34,317 bases of DNA, from positions 1 to 34,317 of the forward strand of contig JBDLRP010000028.1 of the NCBI GenBank assembly GCA_039799905.1, in the 5' to 3' direction. The notes below the pieces were generated by a model. That model searched no databases. It saw nothing but the letters and a program-made list of their open reading frames with translations, and had not been told where the DNA came from. The DNA is from Pseudomonadota bacterium (GTDB lineage: Bacteria > Bdellovibrionota_B > Oligoflexia > Silvanigrellales > Silvanigrellaceae). This document shows, one piece after another, positions 1 through 9,992 of this stretch (the first letter of the stretch is position 1; each line of letters begins with the position of its first letter). Made by a program: the position numbers and the translations under genes.

Positions 1-587
1 CAGCGGCAAAGGCAATTTCAACCGCGTCCGCTCCGGCGGGCTGGACAGAGGCCATCCGTGATGACGACATTGTTGTCTACAAACGGACCCGCGCCGGCAG
101 TCCCTATGAAGAAGTGCGCGCTGAAACAAAGTTCAATGCCAAGCCCGAAGATTTCATCCCATTTTTCAACGAGCCGCCCAATTATAAAAAATGGGTGTAT
201 GGAGCGATGGAGTCGAGGCTGGTTTCGCGTGCCGCCGAATTTGACTCGGTCTTTTATGGTGTCTTCAAGATTCCTTGGCCGTTTGAAAATCGTGAGCTGT
301 TCAGCCGCGTGCAAATCACGCGCGATGAAAAAAACCGTCAGCTCACAGCCCGTTTGAACGACATTTCGTCGACACAGCCAACCGCTGCGGGGCTTGTGCG
401 TGTCAGTAAGTTTGAAAGCCTATGGAGCGTCCGCGCAGCTGGCGAGAATCAGGTTGATTTCAGCATCGAAATGTACGCCGAGCCGGGTGGAAAACTTCCG
501 CCGTTTATCGTCAATCTTGTCCTTTCCCGCATTCAGCTTTGGTCAATCAAAAATCTCCGCCGCGAGTTGAGTCGCTCGAAAAATTGA
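1..587 (+). CDS. START-domain (lipid-binding SRPBCC) protein, 5'-truncated by the window edge
   Basis: The frame of ORF 114..587 is open back to position 3 (AAKAISTASAPAGWTEAIRDDDIVVYKRTRAGSPYEEVRAE). Motifs W..(D)DDIVVYKR, KKWV, PWPFENRE, LVRV and EPGGKLPPFIVN match bacterial START proteins. Confidence 0.85.
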   Translation, partial: AAKAISTASAPAGWTEAIRDDDIVVYKRTRAGSPYEEVRAETKFNAKPEDFIPFFNEPPNYKKWVYGAMESRLVSRAAEFDSVFYGVFKIPWPFENRELFSRVQITRDEKNRQLTARLNDISSTQPTAAGLVRVSKFESLWSVRAAGENQVDFSIEMYAEPGGKLPPFIVNLVLSRIQLWSIKNLRRELSRSKN

Positions 588-621
588 CTGTCTGCGGCAG
601 CGCTTTTGACAGGCGGCCTTC

Positions 622-650
622 GGTGAGTACACTTTTGTGTGCAACTCACC
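622..650. promoter_or_regulatory. Stem-loop between the START gene and the lipoprotein gene
   Basis: GGTGAGT-ACAC-TTTT-GTGT-(GCA)-ACTCACC inverted repeat with no U-tract on +; function unknown. Confidence 0.4.
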
Positions 651-672
651 AAAAATTATGCGGAGGTCTTCA

Positions 673-1749
673 GTGAAGAAGATTGTGATCGTTTCAGGCA
701 TGAGCGTTTTTGCGTTTGTTTCTGGCTGCAACAAAAAGGAAGAGGGCGCCGCAGTCACAACCGGTGGGTTTCTCACTCCTGCAAGTTTCACAGGAGTCAC
801 ACCGACGGCGCTTACGGCAGAGCAGGTCACAGAGCAAATCAATGATGAGACTGATTTGTACGATAACAAGCCAGCTTCCGGCGGAACTCCGACGGGCGGT
901 TCAGGCGGCGGCTCAGAAAGTGACGTCACGGAGCAGTGTCAGCAGGAAAATAATCCCAAGGTCAAAGTCATCGATAAAGAAACCCTGAGCGTTGTGGCCA
1001 ATGTCGACATTCTGTCTTGCCTAAAATCTAAATCAGCAGGTACCGGCCAGCCGGCTCCAGCGGCCGATGATGTTTTCAAAATGAATTATGTAGTGAATAT
1101 GTTTTGTGCTGGTGCCGACTTCAGCTCGTTGGATGGCAAAACAGTCGAAGAACTCGGTCTGAGTGATGCTGATTCCGGCACACCGACAGCTCTCGAGGAA
1201 AAGTGCAAAAATGCCACATCACGCAAGCTTTTCTTGAATGCTGAAGTCGATTTTTCCTTTTCCAACCCGTTCAATCCATCGGGCGCTAAAATCAAATCCA
1301 AATTCAGATCGGCCGTGTTCAACAAAGACGGTGGGGGCTGTGAGCTTGTCAAAGTGGATGGCGGCGCCAAGTCCAACGGATGTCTGACTGCCGAGGTGAG
1401 CGAACAAGAAGGGGGTTTTGATCCAAGCAGCAGCGGCGAGAAAAAAATCGGTCTGAGAATTTTTGAGTCAGTGAATCTCATCGACCTCGACTCTTCGACT
1501 GCCGAGTGGTTCAACGGCGGTGAGTTCAAAGTCACTCTCAATAATTTCACAGGCAACGTCGTCTATACGAATTCGACTACAGCACCCAACTATACGCTCA
1601 CTGCAGCTGGCGGCCTGAGTGCAGCCGGAGTGATTGGCTCTGCGCCAGCCCTGCGCCCATATGAGAGTGCGCGTGTGGCGAGTCCTTTTGCCTTCGCACA
1701 AAAGAATATGAAGGCACTTACACGCCGTGCCTCGGCATTGGTCCGCTGA
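673..1749 (+). CDS. Hypothetical Cys-containing lipoprotein
   Basis: GGAGG at 662-666 precedes GTG 673. MKKIVIVSGMSVFAFVSG|C lipobox, Gly/Ser/Thr linker, six further Cys; no family recognised. Confidence 0.8.
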   Translation: MKKIVIVSGMSVFAFVSGCNKKEEGAAVTTGGFLTPASFTGVTPTALTAEQVTEQINDETDLYDNKPASGGTPTGGSGGGSESDVTEQCQQENNPKVKVIDKETLSVVANVDILSCLKSKSAGTGQPAPAADDVFKMNYVVNMFCAGADFSSLDGKTVEELGLSDADSGTPTALEEKCKNATSRKLFLNAEVDFSFSNPFNPSGAKIKSKFRSAVFNKDGGGCELVKVDGGAKSNGCLTAEVSEQEGGFDPSSSGEKKIGLRIFESVNLIDLDSSTAEWFNGGEFKVTLNNFTGNVVYTNSTTAPNYTLTAAGGLSAAGVIGSAPALRPYESARVASPFAFAQKNMKALTRRASALVR

Positions 1750-1763
1750 TTGAATTTATGTGT

Positions 1764-4700
1764 TCAGCCGGCTGCGGGCAGAATAGCGGCCGGCTGACCA
1801 TCCCACCGGAACATATAAACAGTTACATCGTCATCGAGCGGCTGTTGTTTTGAAGCCTCGGTAACTTTCTTTGCGATCATCTCAATACATTTTTCAGGTG
1901 TCGCACATTCCTTCATCGCCGAGCGCAGTCCGCGCGAGGTGAGAAGCGGACCTTCGACGGTCGTGTTCTCAAGCAGCCCGTCGGTGTAAATGAGCACGCT
2001 GTCGCCGGCGTTCAGGCGGCAGCTGGTAAAACCGAAGCTCGCCTTTTCCGAGAATCCGAGCAACGAGCCGCTGCACGGCAGGGTTTGCACGCGGTTGGCG
2101 CCCTGCGAAAGAATGTAGGGCGGCGTGTGGCCGGCACTGACGACTCCCAGCTCTCCGTTCGTCAGGTCCAAACACGCGAAACACATCGTCATGAAGCGGT
2201 TGCTGCGTGAGCCGGCCGAGAATACCGCGTAGTTGGCTATTTCGGCGAGTTCGTTAAGGCTTTCTTCAAGAGAGAGCTGAGTATTTTCTGCAAGCTCGAT
2301 CTCTTTGCGAAGGTGCGCGAGCACCGCGCCGCTGACCACCGCGGTGAGAAGTGCGGAAGGCAGCCCGTGTCCGGTGACGTCGCCAACAAATGCATAAAGT
2401 CGATGATTGACAGGATCGTAGTGATGGTGAAACCAGTCTCCACCTGTCTGCGACGCTGATTCATAGAAATACGAGATGTGAGTTGCCGGAACCTGTATCT
2501 GACTGGGCAGCAGTGCATCCTGAACGGCACGAGCCGCATTGATTTCTGCGTCAAGACGGGCTTGTTCCTCCTTCGCGGCAGCCAGAATAAAATTCTGATA
2601 GGCAATGGCAGCCTGCGCAGCGAGCGGCGAGACCACGCGCTGCGAGCGTGCATCGAAATAGTCATTTGCTTCCGAGTTTGCTAGATAGCAGTAGCCATAA
2701 ATTTTTTCTTTGAAGGGAAGCGGAACCACCATCGCAGAGCCGTCACAGGCCGGATGTGGTGTGCGCCAGGCACTCGGTCTGATGCGGGGTTCGCGCTTGG
2801 CATCCTGCTCGCATTTTTCAAGGAACCACTTGTCCACGCCCCACGCCGGGTTGAGATTTTGCTGCAGGTTGTGCAGATCGGTCCCGCGTGCCCGCACCGG
2901 CACGAGCTTGCCTTCTTCAAAAAGAAACAACACGCCGTACTCAACTCCGGTGCATTTGCACATAGCGTCGAGCACCGAGTCGAGCAGCGGATCCTTTTCA
3001 TTCAGCGCGCTCAAATTGAGAAAAACCTGCAGGAGCGATTCCAATTCAACCCGCTGGCGCATCACTTCCGTTTTGCTGTTGCGGCTGGTGGACTGGCCCG
3101 AAATATGAACACGCTCCTGCCGTGAGTCCATGATGATCTGTGCACGCATGATTCCTCGATCGCAGCGGTCAACAAAGAACAGATACTGCTTTTCGGAAAA
3201 GTACTCACGACACATTCTGAAGATGACCTGCGCGTAATCGGGATCCTCTTCGACAATGAGGTTGGCAAGTTGAAGTCTGAGTTCAAAGAGGGTTGCCGGT
3301 AGACGCAGACGCTGCGCCTTTTTAATGCCCATTTGTGCAAACCAGCGTCCAAAAAGCCTCAGACCGCTCCGGTAGAACATTTCTCCACTGATGTAGATCG
3401 TTTTGGGCATCAGCAGACGCGCGGCGAAAACCTGGTTCACCCACGCCAACGTGAGTGCAGGAAATGCGGCAAACGGCCGGTTGAGGCGGATGTAACAGGT
3501 GGCCAGCAGGACCGGCGCAAAAATGCAATACGAGACTCGGTGGACTCGCTGGCAGACAGCTCGGAATGCCTCTCGCAGATATGGCAGAGCTGCATGTGGA
3601 TCCTCGCGCAGAAGATTAATTTCTCCGAGCGAGATATTTGCGTAGCAGCTGTCGATAGTGTCGAATCCGTCGGAGCGAATGGCCGTCGCTGCTTCTCTGA
3701 CAATAGACTCGTAGCGGTTTAGCTCGCTCGTGTTTTTTGTCAGAAGATGGTGGCGGAGAACGGCGTCGAGAATCGTCGGTGTCTGTTTGATGCGGAAAAT
3801 CAGATTGGTGTAGCGCGAGTGCAGCGCGTAGGTTTCGCCGTTTCCAAGACCATACTCATCCATGTGGATGAGACCCTGCATGGTGAGCACACGCCAGAAT
3901 GAGTCCCCTGCATTTTCGAGAATGTCGAGTGCCTGAACGTGTTTGGAGTGTGCCTCACGTAAACGCGCGCGCGGGAATTCGTTGAGGTAGCCCCAGGTAA
4001 AAAGCAGGAATGCACGGAAAATAGGATCCGGATGTTGCTCAAAATACTGCAGTGAGTTGCGGTAAAGTGCATTTGATATTTTGGCAATTCCGAACACGCC
4101 GAAGACAACCGCCCAGTAGCCAATTAGAATTGCACGATATCGGTTGGGCTTCTGTTTTAGAATTTCCATTGTGTAGCGCATCTGGTTGCTGATGGCGCAG
4201 ATGGGTCGCGAGAAGAACAACGCGACCTGCATGGAAACGAGAAGTTTGAAAAACACCTGATCTTCGCGCGATTCAATGGTGTTTTTTTGTCTACCAAAGA
4301 GCGGCCAGAATAAGATGCTCAGAGTAAAGGGAATCAAACGGCTGATGACGACGAGCAGTGCCCTGAATTCGCTGATGTCGATCTTTTTGTTTAGATAGCG
4401 CATTCCTTGTTCGCCAGCTGCAATACTGTCGCGGTAGCGGAACAGGGTGAGATTGCACTCGCACAATTTGGCGAGAATCTCTGTCTTGTGCATGTCGTCG
4501 GTGTAGGTGATGATGCTTGTATACAGGTCAACAGCTCCGACAGGATCCTCGTTCAGCACGCGCGCGTCGGCCAGGAGTTCGGTGATTTGCACGAATTCCG
4601 ATAGGAGCTGTTGATTGGCTGTGCAGTCGTCCGGAAGCAACTGGTGGGCAGTTTGGGCGTATTCAAGAGCCTTTTGATAAGCAAAAACTTTGAGCGCCAT

Positions 4701-6986
4701 GCGCCCCGCCTGCAGCAATATTTCGCGCGACCATTCCGGTTGTTTTTGCGGTCTGCCATTTTTGAGATGATAGGCGAGTTCAAACAGCTCGTTTGAGGCA
4801 ATTCTGCGTTTTTGCTCGTCGTCGCCAACACCCATCTTTCGGTGCAGCCAGACTGCATATCCCTGATGGCAATCAGTGCGCAGTTCATGTCCGGCAAGCT
4901 GATACGCAGCCTCGCGCACTTTGTCGTGGACAAAGGTCAGAGTGTCACGGTTGAAATAAATGAGATGCTGTTCCGAGAGTTCGCTCAGACAACGCAGGAG
5001 CGGTGTGTTGAGTTGCTTTTCCCGCAACAGAAAATCGATGGCGGCCAAGTGCACTTCATTGCCGACTGCGCTTGCGACCAATAAAATTTGCTTGCTGTCG
5101 GCGTTGAGTTCGTTGATACGGTCGGAAACGAGCGATGCAATGCCGTGCGACAGCGACGCACTCTGTGCTTTTGCCGCATCAAAAATCCAATTGCTTCCGC
5201 TCTCGTCGGGGCGGAAAATCTCGCGCGATAGGCAAAAGCCAAGATATTCACGCACATAAAATGGGTTTCCCTGCGTGAGCAGATAGGTCATCCGCTGCAG
5301 GCGAGTCACTTGATGTCCGCTTTCATCAAGCAGATGTTCGACAAGCGTATTTGATTCATCCTCACTCAAAGGTCCAAGCTGCACATGCGCCTGTGGGCCC
5401 TCGTGCTGCAGTACCCTGACCTGCAGAGGATGTTCCTGATTGACTTCATTGCTGCGATAGCAGCCAAGCATCAGCAGTTTGCCAAGGCTGCTTTTGCGAG
5501 CTCGTGTTGCGATGACTTCAATGACTCCCAAGCTTTCGCCGTCAGCCCATTGCAGGTCATCCAGTATCAGGATGAGAGCCTCGTGCCGCGATCCCATTTC
5601 GACCAGCAGTTCAACGAGGCCTTCCAAAAATGTCTTTTGTTCGTCCTCAAATTCCTGTTTGGGAAGCTCGTGTGTAAAATTGAATATGTCGCGCAGAAAG
5701 GACAGCCGTTGGGTCAGTAGACGGAGCTTTGCGCCCAATTTTGCGCCGACTCTGCGCGCCCAGCCGGCAGTTTCGTGTTGTGGCTCAAGCTGAATTTCCC
5801 GAAGATAGCTGTGAATGATCGAAAGTATTCCCGAGAGCGGCACATTCCGCTCAAATTCGGAAAATTTTCCTACCAGTGTGAGGACACTCTTTTGCGAGGC
5901 CTCGACTCCGACTTCGTAGCAGAGTCTTGATTTTCCGGCGCCCGATGGTGCACCAATAAAGGCGCATCCTCCGCGTCCCGCCAATGTTTCATTCAATTGA
6001 TTCAGAAGTTTACTCAGCTCTGCGCGTCTGCCAACAAAGCGTGCCTTGCTGTTGAGCTCGCGAAATCGGTCGTTCTTTGCGAGCGCAAAGGTAGGAATCT
6101 TATTCCCCGATTCGAGGTGTCGAACGCATTCCTGCAAATCGGCTGCGAGTCCGCGCGCGGTGAAGTAGCGGTCATCAGGATTTTTGCGCAGCAGTTTTTG
6201 CACAATGTCGCTGAGCGGCTCTGGGAAGTTTGCAACAACCTCGCTGAGGGGCTGAGGAACTCCATTGAGAATCTTTTCGAGAAGTGCTTTGGGATTGGCT
6301 TCCTGAAAGGGCGGGTGTCCCGCTGCCATTTCGTAGAGTGTCGCGCCAAGTGAATAGAGGTCTGCCTGTTCGTCGCGGCTTGCTTTGATGAAACCTGTTC
6401 GCTCGGGTGCAAGATAAGGCAGGGTGGCCATGGCTTGTGCAGACCGAGTGAGAAAGTCGCTCCGGTTCACGAGAGCTGCCTGCCCGAAATCGAGATAAAC
6501 CGGATGGCGGTGGGCGAAGTCGCGGAAGCCAATGTTTGCGGGCTTAATATCGCCGTGAGTGAGACCCGCTGCATGCACAACATCGAGCCCCTCGGCGAGC
6601 GCGTGTGCAATAGTGAGCCACATTTTTGCTTTTCGGTATTCTGAAGGGTCGCGTCGAATGGCATCTTGCAGTGATCCACCGGCCAGGTACTCCTGCACGA
6701 GGATGGTCATTGCTCCTTCGCTGACGATATCAAGTGCCTTGACGATCGAGTCGCTCTTTGTCTTTGAGAGAGCCTCCGCCTCGCGGTGAATGCGCGCGTG
6801 CAGCTCGAGCACCGGCGTGTCTTCGCCGGAGCCGTCCGCATAGACCTTGAGTGCTACCAGTCCGTCGCCCGCTTCGCTCGTCAGGTCGCGAGCGAGATAA
6901 ACCTCGCCGCTGCCGCCGATGCCGAGCAGTGACTGGATTTCGAAGCGACCCGCACAAATCTTCTGTCCGACTTGCAACTTCTGCAT
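1764..6986 (-). CDS. Multidomain signalling protein: Ser/Thr kinase + P-loop (AAA/STAND-like) NTPase + helical/TPR region + GAF + SpoIIE/PP2C phosphatase
   Basis: Kinase motifs LGIGGSGEVY, VALKV, HGDIKPAN, DFG, YLAPE, DLYSLG. Walker A GAPSGAGKS and Walker B LILDDLQWAD. GNPFY and FVHDKVREAAY. GAF-like segment (VVPLPFKEKIYGYCYLAN...QAAIAYQN). PP2C motifs GGDWF, DVTGHG, SAGH, YTDGL, DDVT. ATG 6986 follows a GGAGGG RBS. Confidence 0.93.
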   Translation of the reverse strand: MQKLQVGQKICAGRFEIQSLLGIGGSGEVYLARDLTSEAGDGLVALKVYADGSGEDTPVLELHARIHREAEALSKTKSDSIVKALDIVSEGAMTILVQEYLAGGSLQDAIRRDPSEYRKAKMWLTIAHALAEGLDVVHAAGLTHGDIKPANIGFRDFAHRHPVYLDFGQAALVNRSDFLTRSAQAMATLPYLAPERTGFIKASRDEQADLYSLGATLYEMAAGHPPFQEANPKALLEKILNGVPQPLSEVVANFPEPLSDIVQKLLRKNPDDRYFTARGLAADLQECVRHLESGNKIPTFALAKNDRFRELNSKARFVGRRAELSKLLNQLNETLAGRGGCAFIGAPSGAGKSRLCYEVGVEASQKSVLTLVGKFSEFERNVPLSGILSIIHSYLREIQLEPQHETAGWARRVGAKLGAKLRLLTQRLSFLRDIFNFTHELPKQEFEDEQKTFLEGLVELLVEMGSRHEALILILDDLQWADGESLGVIEVIATRARKSSLGKLLMLGCYRSNEVNQEHPLQVRVLQHEGPQAHVQLGPLSEDESNTLVEHLLDESGHQVTRLQRMTYLLTQGNPFYVREYLGFCLSREIFRPDESGSNWIFDAAKAQSASLSHGIASLVSDRINELNADSKQILLVASAVGNEVHLAAIDFLLREKQLNTPLLRCLSELSEQHLIYFNRDTLTFVHDKVREAAYQLAGHELRTDCHQGYAVWLHRKMGVGDDEQKRRIASNELFELAYHLKNGRPQKQPEWSREILLQAGRMALKVFAYQKALEYAQTAHQLLPDDCTANQQLLSEFVQITELLADARVLNEDPVGAVDLYTSIITYTDDMHKTEILAKLCECNLTLFRYRDSIAAGEQGMRYLNKKIDISEFRALLVVISRLIPFTLSILFWPLFGRQKNTIESREDQVFFKLLVSMQVALFFSRPICAISNQMRYTMEILKQKPNRYRAILIGYWAVVFGVFGIAKISNALYRNSLQYFEQHPDPIFRAFLLFTWGYLNEFPRARLREAHSKHVQALDILENAGDSFWRVLTMQGLIHMDEYGLGNGETYALHSRYTNLIFRIKQTPTILDAVLRHHLLTKNTSELNRYESIVREAATAIRSDGFDTIDSCYANISLGEINLLREDPHAALPYLREAFRAVCQRVHRVSYCIFAPVLLATCYIRLNRPFAAFPALTLAWVNQVFAARLLMPKTIYISGEMFYRSGLRLFGRWFAQMGIKKAQRLRLPATLFELRLQLANLIVEEDPDYAQVIFRMCREYFSEKQYLFFVDRCDRGIMRAQIIMDSRQERVHISGQSTSRNSKTEVMRQRVELESLLQVFLNLSALNEKDPLLDSVLDAMCKCTGVEYGVLFLFEEGKLVPVRARGTDLHNLQQNLNPAWGVDKWFLEKCEQDAKREPRIRPSAWRTPHPACDGSAMVVPLPFKEKIYGYCYLANSEANDYFDARSQRVVSPLAAQAAIAYQNFILAAAKEEQARLDAEINAARAVQDALLPSQIQVPATHISYFYESASQTGGDWFHHHYDPVNHRLYAFVGDVTGHGLPSALLTAVVSGAVLAHLRKEIELAENTQLSLEESLNELAEIANYAVFSAGSRSNRFMTMCFACLDLTNGELGVVSAGHTPPYILSQGANRVQTLPCSGSLLGFSEKASFGFTSCRLNAGDSVLIYTDGLLENTTVEGPLLTSRGLRSAMKECATPEKCIEMIAKKVTEASKQQPLDDDVTVYMFRWDGQPAAILPAAG

Positions 6987-7126
6987 GACGGCCCTCCACC
7001 CGGGAGATATCGGCACCGTTCAGGAGAAGGTCAGGGAAGAATTTGCAGCCGGACACTTGACTTCATGTCTTTGGTTCAAGAAAGTCTGGCTAGGAATTTG
7101 TTGTTTTTACAAATGGAGTAAATTTC

Positions 7127-7927
7127 ATGAAGTTACATTCATTCTCGTGTCTTGCAGCTGCTTTTTTGGGCACATCTTTTGCAACAGTTGCACTTGCTTC
7201 AGGCAAAAAGACAACTACTCCTTCAAACAGTCTCAAAGGGCCCGCCTCTAAGAGTGGCACTTTAGTTGCAATGAGCGGTTCAGGAAGCTTGGCGGGCTCC
7301 TCGTCCGACCGCGGTGCTTACGTCGGCTTGGAAATTCTGCCCTTCGAATATCAGAACTTCAAAACGACAACCGGCAATACTACGGTCGAAACCCCCGTCA
7401 CAACAATCACCACAATGCCGAAGACTCTTGAGTTCTATGGCCGCTCAGGAAACATCACCTTTCGCCCAGGGCTGTCGTTGGAAAACGGCGTGCCCTCGCA
7501 CATCGGCGTTGGCTTTGAGCTGAGCCCAAATCTCGAAGCAGGCGTGTATTTGAGTCTGCAGCGCTCTTCGGTCAAAGGTCAAAACAAGACTGAAGTTGTC
7601 ACCTCGAATGTCGTTGTTGGACCTCAGGGTTATTTCTTCACCGAGGCTGCAGGATTGCCGCTGGAAGTCGAAGGCCGTGTTCTTCTGATTTTCAACTCCG
7701 GCGAGACAATCAACGATACCGTAACGACAAAAAATCTCGATGAGTCTGGCTATGTCATCGAGGGCGGGGCCAGAGTGGTCAAAGAGATTGGTTCAGGATT
7801 GGAATACTTTGCCGGTGCCGGTTTGGGATACTCGACCCTGTCCGACAAAAAAGAAAAGAACACCGAGAATTCAAAAGGCGGTCTCGTCCTCAAAATCATG
7901 CCAGCCGGTGTGCGCTTCAATTTCTGA
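7127..7927 (+). CDS. Putative outer-membrane beta-barrel protein
   Basis: GGAG RBS, Sec signal peptide (..TVALA|S), alternating amphipathic strands, C-terminal GVRFNF ending in Phe (BAM signal-like). Confidence 0.75.
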   Translation: MKLHSFSCLAAAFLGTSFATVALASGKKTTTPSNSLKGPASKSGTLVAMSGSGSLAGSSSDRGAYVGLEILPFEYQNFKTTTGNTTVETPVTTITTMPKTLEFYGRSGNITFRPGLSLENGVPSHIGVGFELSPNLEAGVYLSLQRSSVKGQNKTEVVTSNVVVGPQGYFFTEAAGLPLEVEGRVLLIFNSGETINDTVTTKNLDESGYVIEGGARVVKEIGSGLEYFAGAGLGYSTLSDKKEKNTENSKGGLVLKIMPAGVRFNF

Positions 7928-7968
7928 GGGAGAAGTCGCTGTCGACTCCGTGTGTCGGCGGGACGTAC

Positions 7969-8424
7969 TTACTGAGCCGAGCTCTTGGCGCCAAAGGCAA
8001 GTGCAATCCAGCCAGCGATGAACATGAGGCCTCCGAAGGGCGTGATTGCCCCGAGGAGGCTTATTTGCGTCAGGACGAGTGCATATAAACTTCCTGAAAA
8101 GACCAGACAGCCGACAAAAAAGAGTTTGAGTGGAAGCAGGGGAATGTGCACGCCCAGATGAGCTCCGCCGTTCGTTTTCCCGCATGAGTGCGCATGCCGC
8201 GCATAGATCGACAACACAACACCCGCCAAGGCATGCACCATCAAATATAGAGTCGCGGTTTTCCACGTCTCCAATTGGACTGGAGTACGCGAGTCACGCA
8301 AGGCATGAGCGCCAAAGGCTCCGAGCGCGACACTGAGGCCCATAAGGATAAAGAAGCCGCGTACGAGCCACATAGGACAGGGCTGCTGCGGATTTGAATC
8401 TGCAAGTTTGAGCGAATCTGTCAT
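7969..8424 (-). CDS. DUF423 (YgdD/TMEM256) family membrane protein
   Basis: VALGAFGAHAL, W.TA..Y.MVHA, FSGSLYAL and LGAITPFGG...IAGW motifs. Start placed at ATG 8424 (AGGGG upstream); 8373 is also possible. Confidence 0.9.
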   Translation of the reverse strand: MTDSLKLADSNPQQPCPMWLVRGFFILMGLSVALGAFGAHALRDSRTPVQLETWKTATLYLMVHALAGVVLSIYARHAHSCGKTNGGAHLGVHIPLLPLKLFFVGCLVFSGSLYALVLTQISLLGAITPFGGLMFIAGWIALAFGAKSSAQ

Positions 8425-8527
8425 CGGAAGCCCCCTGAATGAATGATTTTTTTTGCCCGCATTTACCCCTTGCCGCAAGTCCCGCTCCGTGTTTTTATGA
8501 CGCGTTCGAATTGTCGAGAGGGGTACG

Positions 8528-9031
8528 ATGAACAAGGCCGTCGATGTCTACATGGCGCGCATCATGTTGTTGCTGGAAAATAAAAATCTCCGCAATCAGT
8601 TGTTGAAATTCATTGTCACCGGTTTTTGCGGTTTGTTTTCCGACGTCGCCGTTTATCGGATGCTTGTACAGTTGGGAATGCATGTGACCCCCGCCAAGGC
8701 GCTTGGTTGCGTCACCGGCACGGTGGTGGTTTTTTTCATCAACCGCGCGTGGACTTTTTCGGCGACGCAGCGTTCGACCGCGCAAATCTTCCGCTTCGCT
8801 GTGCTCTACGGTTCGACCATTGTACTCAACACCACGCTCAACACACTCGCCTTGCGTGTTGTTCCCAATCCATGGCAGCTAGCTTTTGTTTTCGCAACCG
8901 CCATCACCACCATGATTAACTTCGTCGGTCTCAAGTTTGTGGTCTTTAAGCCGCGTGCAGCGTCTGTTGTTACTGATGCGGATCTTGCAGATTTCGCCGA
9001 TAGCTCACCAGATACAGTGGGCGCGCCTTAA
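8528..9031 (+). CDS. GtrA family (undecaprenyl-P-sugar flippase-like) membrane protein
   Basis: QLLKFIVTG, FFINRAWTF, QIFRFAVLY, NFVGLKFVVF; four hydrophobic segments. Confidence 0.88.
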   Translation: MNKAVDVYMARIMLLLENKNLRNQLLKFIVTGFCGLFSDVAVYRMLVQLGMHVTPAKALGCVTGTVVVFFINRAWTFSATQRSTAQIFRFAVLYGSTIVLNTTLNTLALRVVPNPWQLAFVFATAITTMINFVGLKFVVFKPRAASVVTDADLADFADSSPDTVGAP

Positions 9032-9971
9032 TCTCGTCATAAATTCGTGCGACGTATTCACCGAGAATCCCCACACTCATCAGCACAGCACCGCCGACAA
9101 GACAATTCACCGTCATGATTGACGCCCATCCGCTGCTGTATGGAATGGTGTAACCGGGAACAAAGAAGTGGATAAACGCTACCGCAAGAGCGTAGAGTCC
9201 CGCTGCAAAGCCGAGTAGGGCGGTTACGAATCCGAGCACCAGACTGATGCGCAACGGCAGCGGGCTGAAGCTCAGGGCTGCCGTCCAAGCGAATTTGAGC
9301 ATCTTGCGTAACGGATATTTGGTTTCACCCGCCACACGCGCGTCGCGTTTGTAAAACACCGGCACCTGCGCGAATCCGACCCACGCCACCATGCCGCGCA
9401 AGAAGCGGTGGGTTTCACGCATACTCTTGAGAGCGCTCAGACACTCGCTCGAAAGCAGGCGAAAGTCGCCGGCGTCGACAGGTAGATCGGGATGCACCAG
9501 TTTGCGCATCAAACGGTAAAACGCCCATGCGGTGAATTTCTTGAATGCCGTTTCGCCGGCGCGAGTTTCACGCTGTCCGTAAGCGACGTCGTAGCCCTCA
9601 CGGTATCGGGCAAGCATTTCATGAACGACATGCGGCGGGTCCTGCAGGTCGGCATCCATGATGACAATCGCATCACCTTTGGCAACATCAAGGCCTGCGG
9701 TCACAGCCGTCTGATGACCAAAGTTGCGTGCAAATCCGATCAGCTTGACTCGCTTGTCCGAGCGCGCCCACTCGTCAAGCAAAAATAGTGTTTTGTCACG
9801 GCTGCCATCGTTGACGAGAACAAGCTCGCACTCACACGGCAGCGTCGTCATGAACTTTTCCAATTCGGCGCGCAGAAAGGGCACAACATCCTGCTCGTTG
9901 TAGCAGGGGATGACGAAAGACAAGAGCTTGGGGTTTTCCCGAGGTTTTAGAATGTGCGCTGTCTGAGACAC
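8970..9971 (-). CDS. GT2 polyprenyl-phosphate glycosyltransferase (GtrB/CsbB/ArnC-like)
   Basis: SFVIPCYNE, VNDGSRD, RNFGHQTAVTAG, MDADLQDPP, GDFRL, RFLRGMVAWVGF, two C-terminal TM helices, GEYVARIYDEIKARPLY. Confidence 0.93.
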   Translation of the reverse strand: MSQTAHILKPRENPKLLSFVIPCYNEQDVVPFLRAELEKFMTTLPCECELVLVNDGSRDKTLFLLDEWARSDKRVKLIGFARNFGHQTAVTAGLDVAKGDAIVIMDADLQDPPHVVHEMLARYREGYDVAYGQRETRAGETAFKKFTAWAFYRLMRKLVHPDLPVDAGDFRLLSSECLSALKSMRETHRFLRGMVAWVGFAQVPVFYKRDARVAGETKYPLRKMLKFAWTAALSFSPLPLRISLVLGFVTALLGFAAGLYALAVAFIHFFVPGYTIPYSSGWASIMTVNCLVGGAVLMSVGILGEYVARIYDEIKARPLYLVSYRRNLQDPHQ

Positions 9972-9992
9972 TCTTGTGTTCTCCGCTCTGGG

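Noticed and set aside
1764..6986. Avs/STAND anti-phage defence gene
   Set aside because: The GAF plus PP2C output and overall layout fit HstK-like signalling proteins, and there is no defence-island context.
7087..7102. Sigma54-like TGGCTAGGAATTTGTT upstream of the 7127 barrel gene
   Set aside because: The -12 element is GT rather than the conserved GC; too weak to call.
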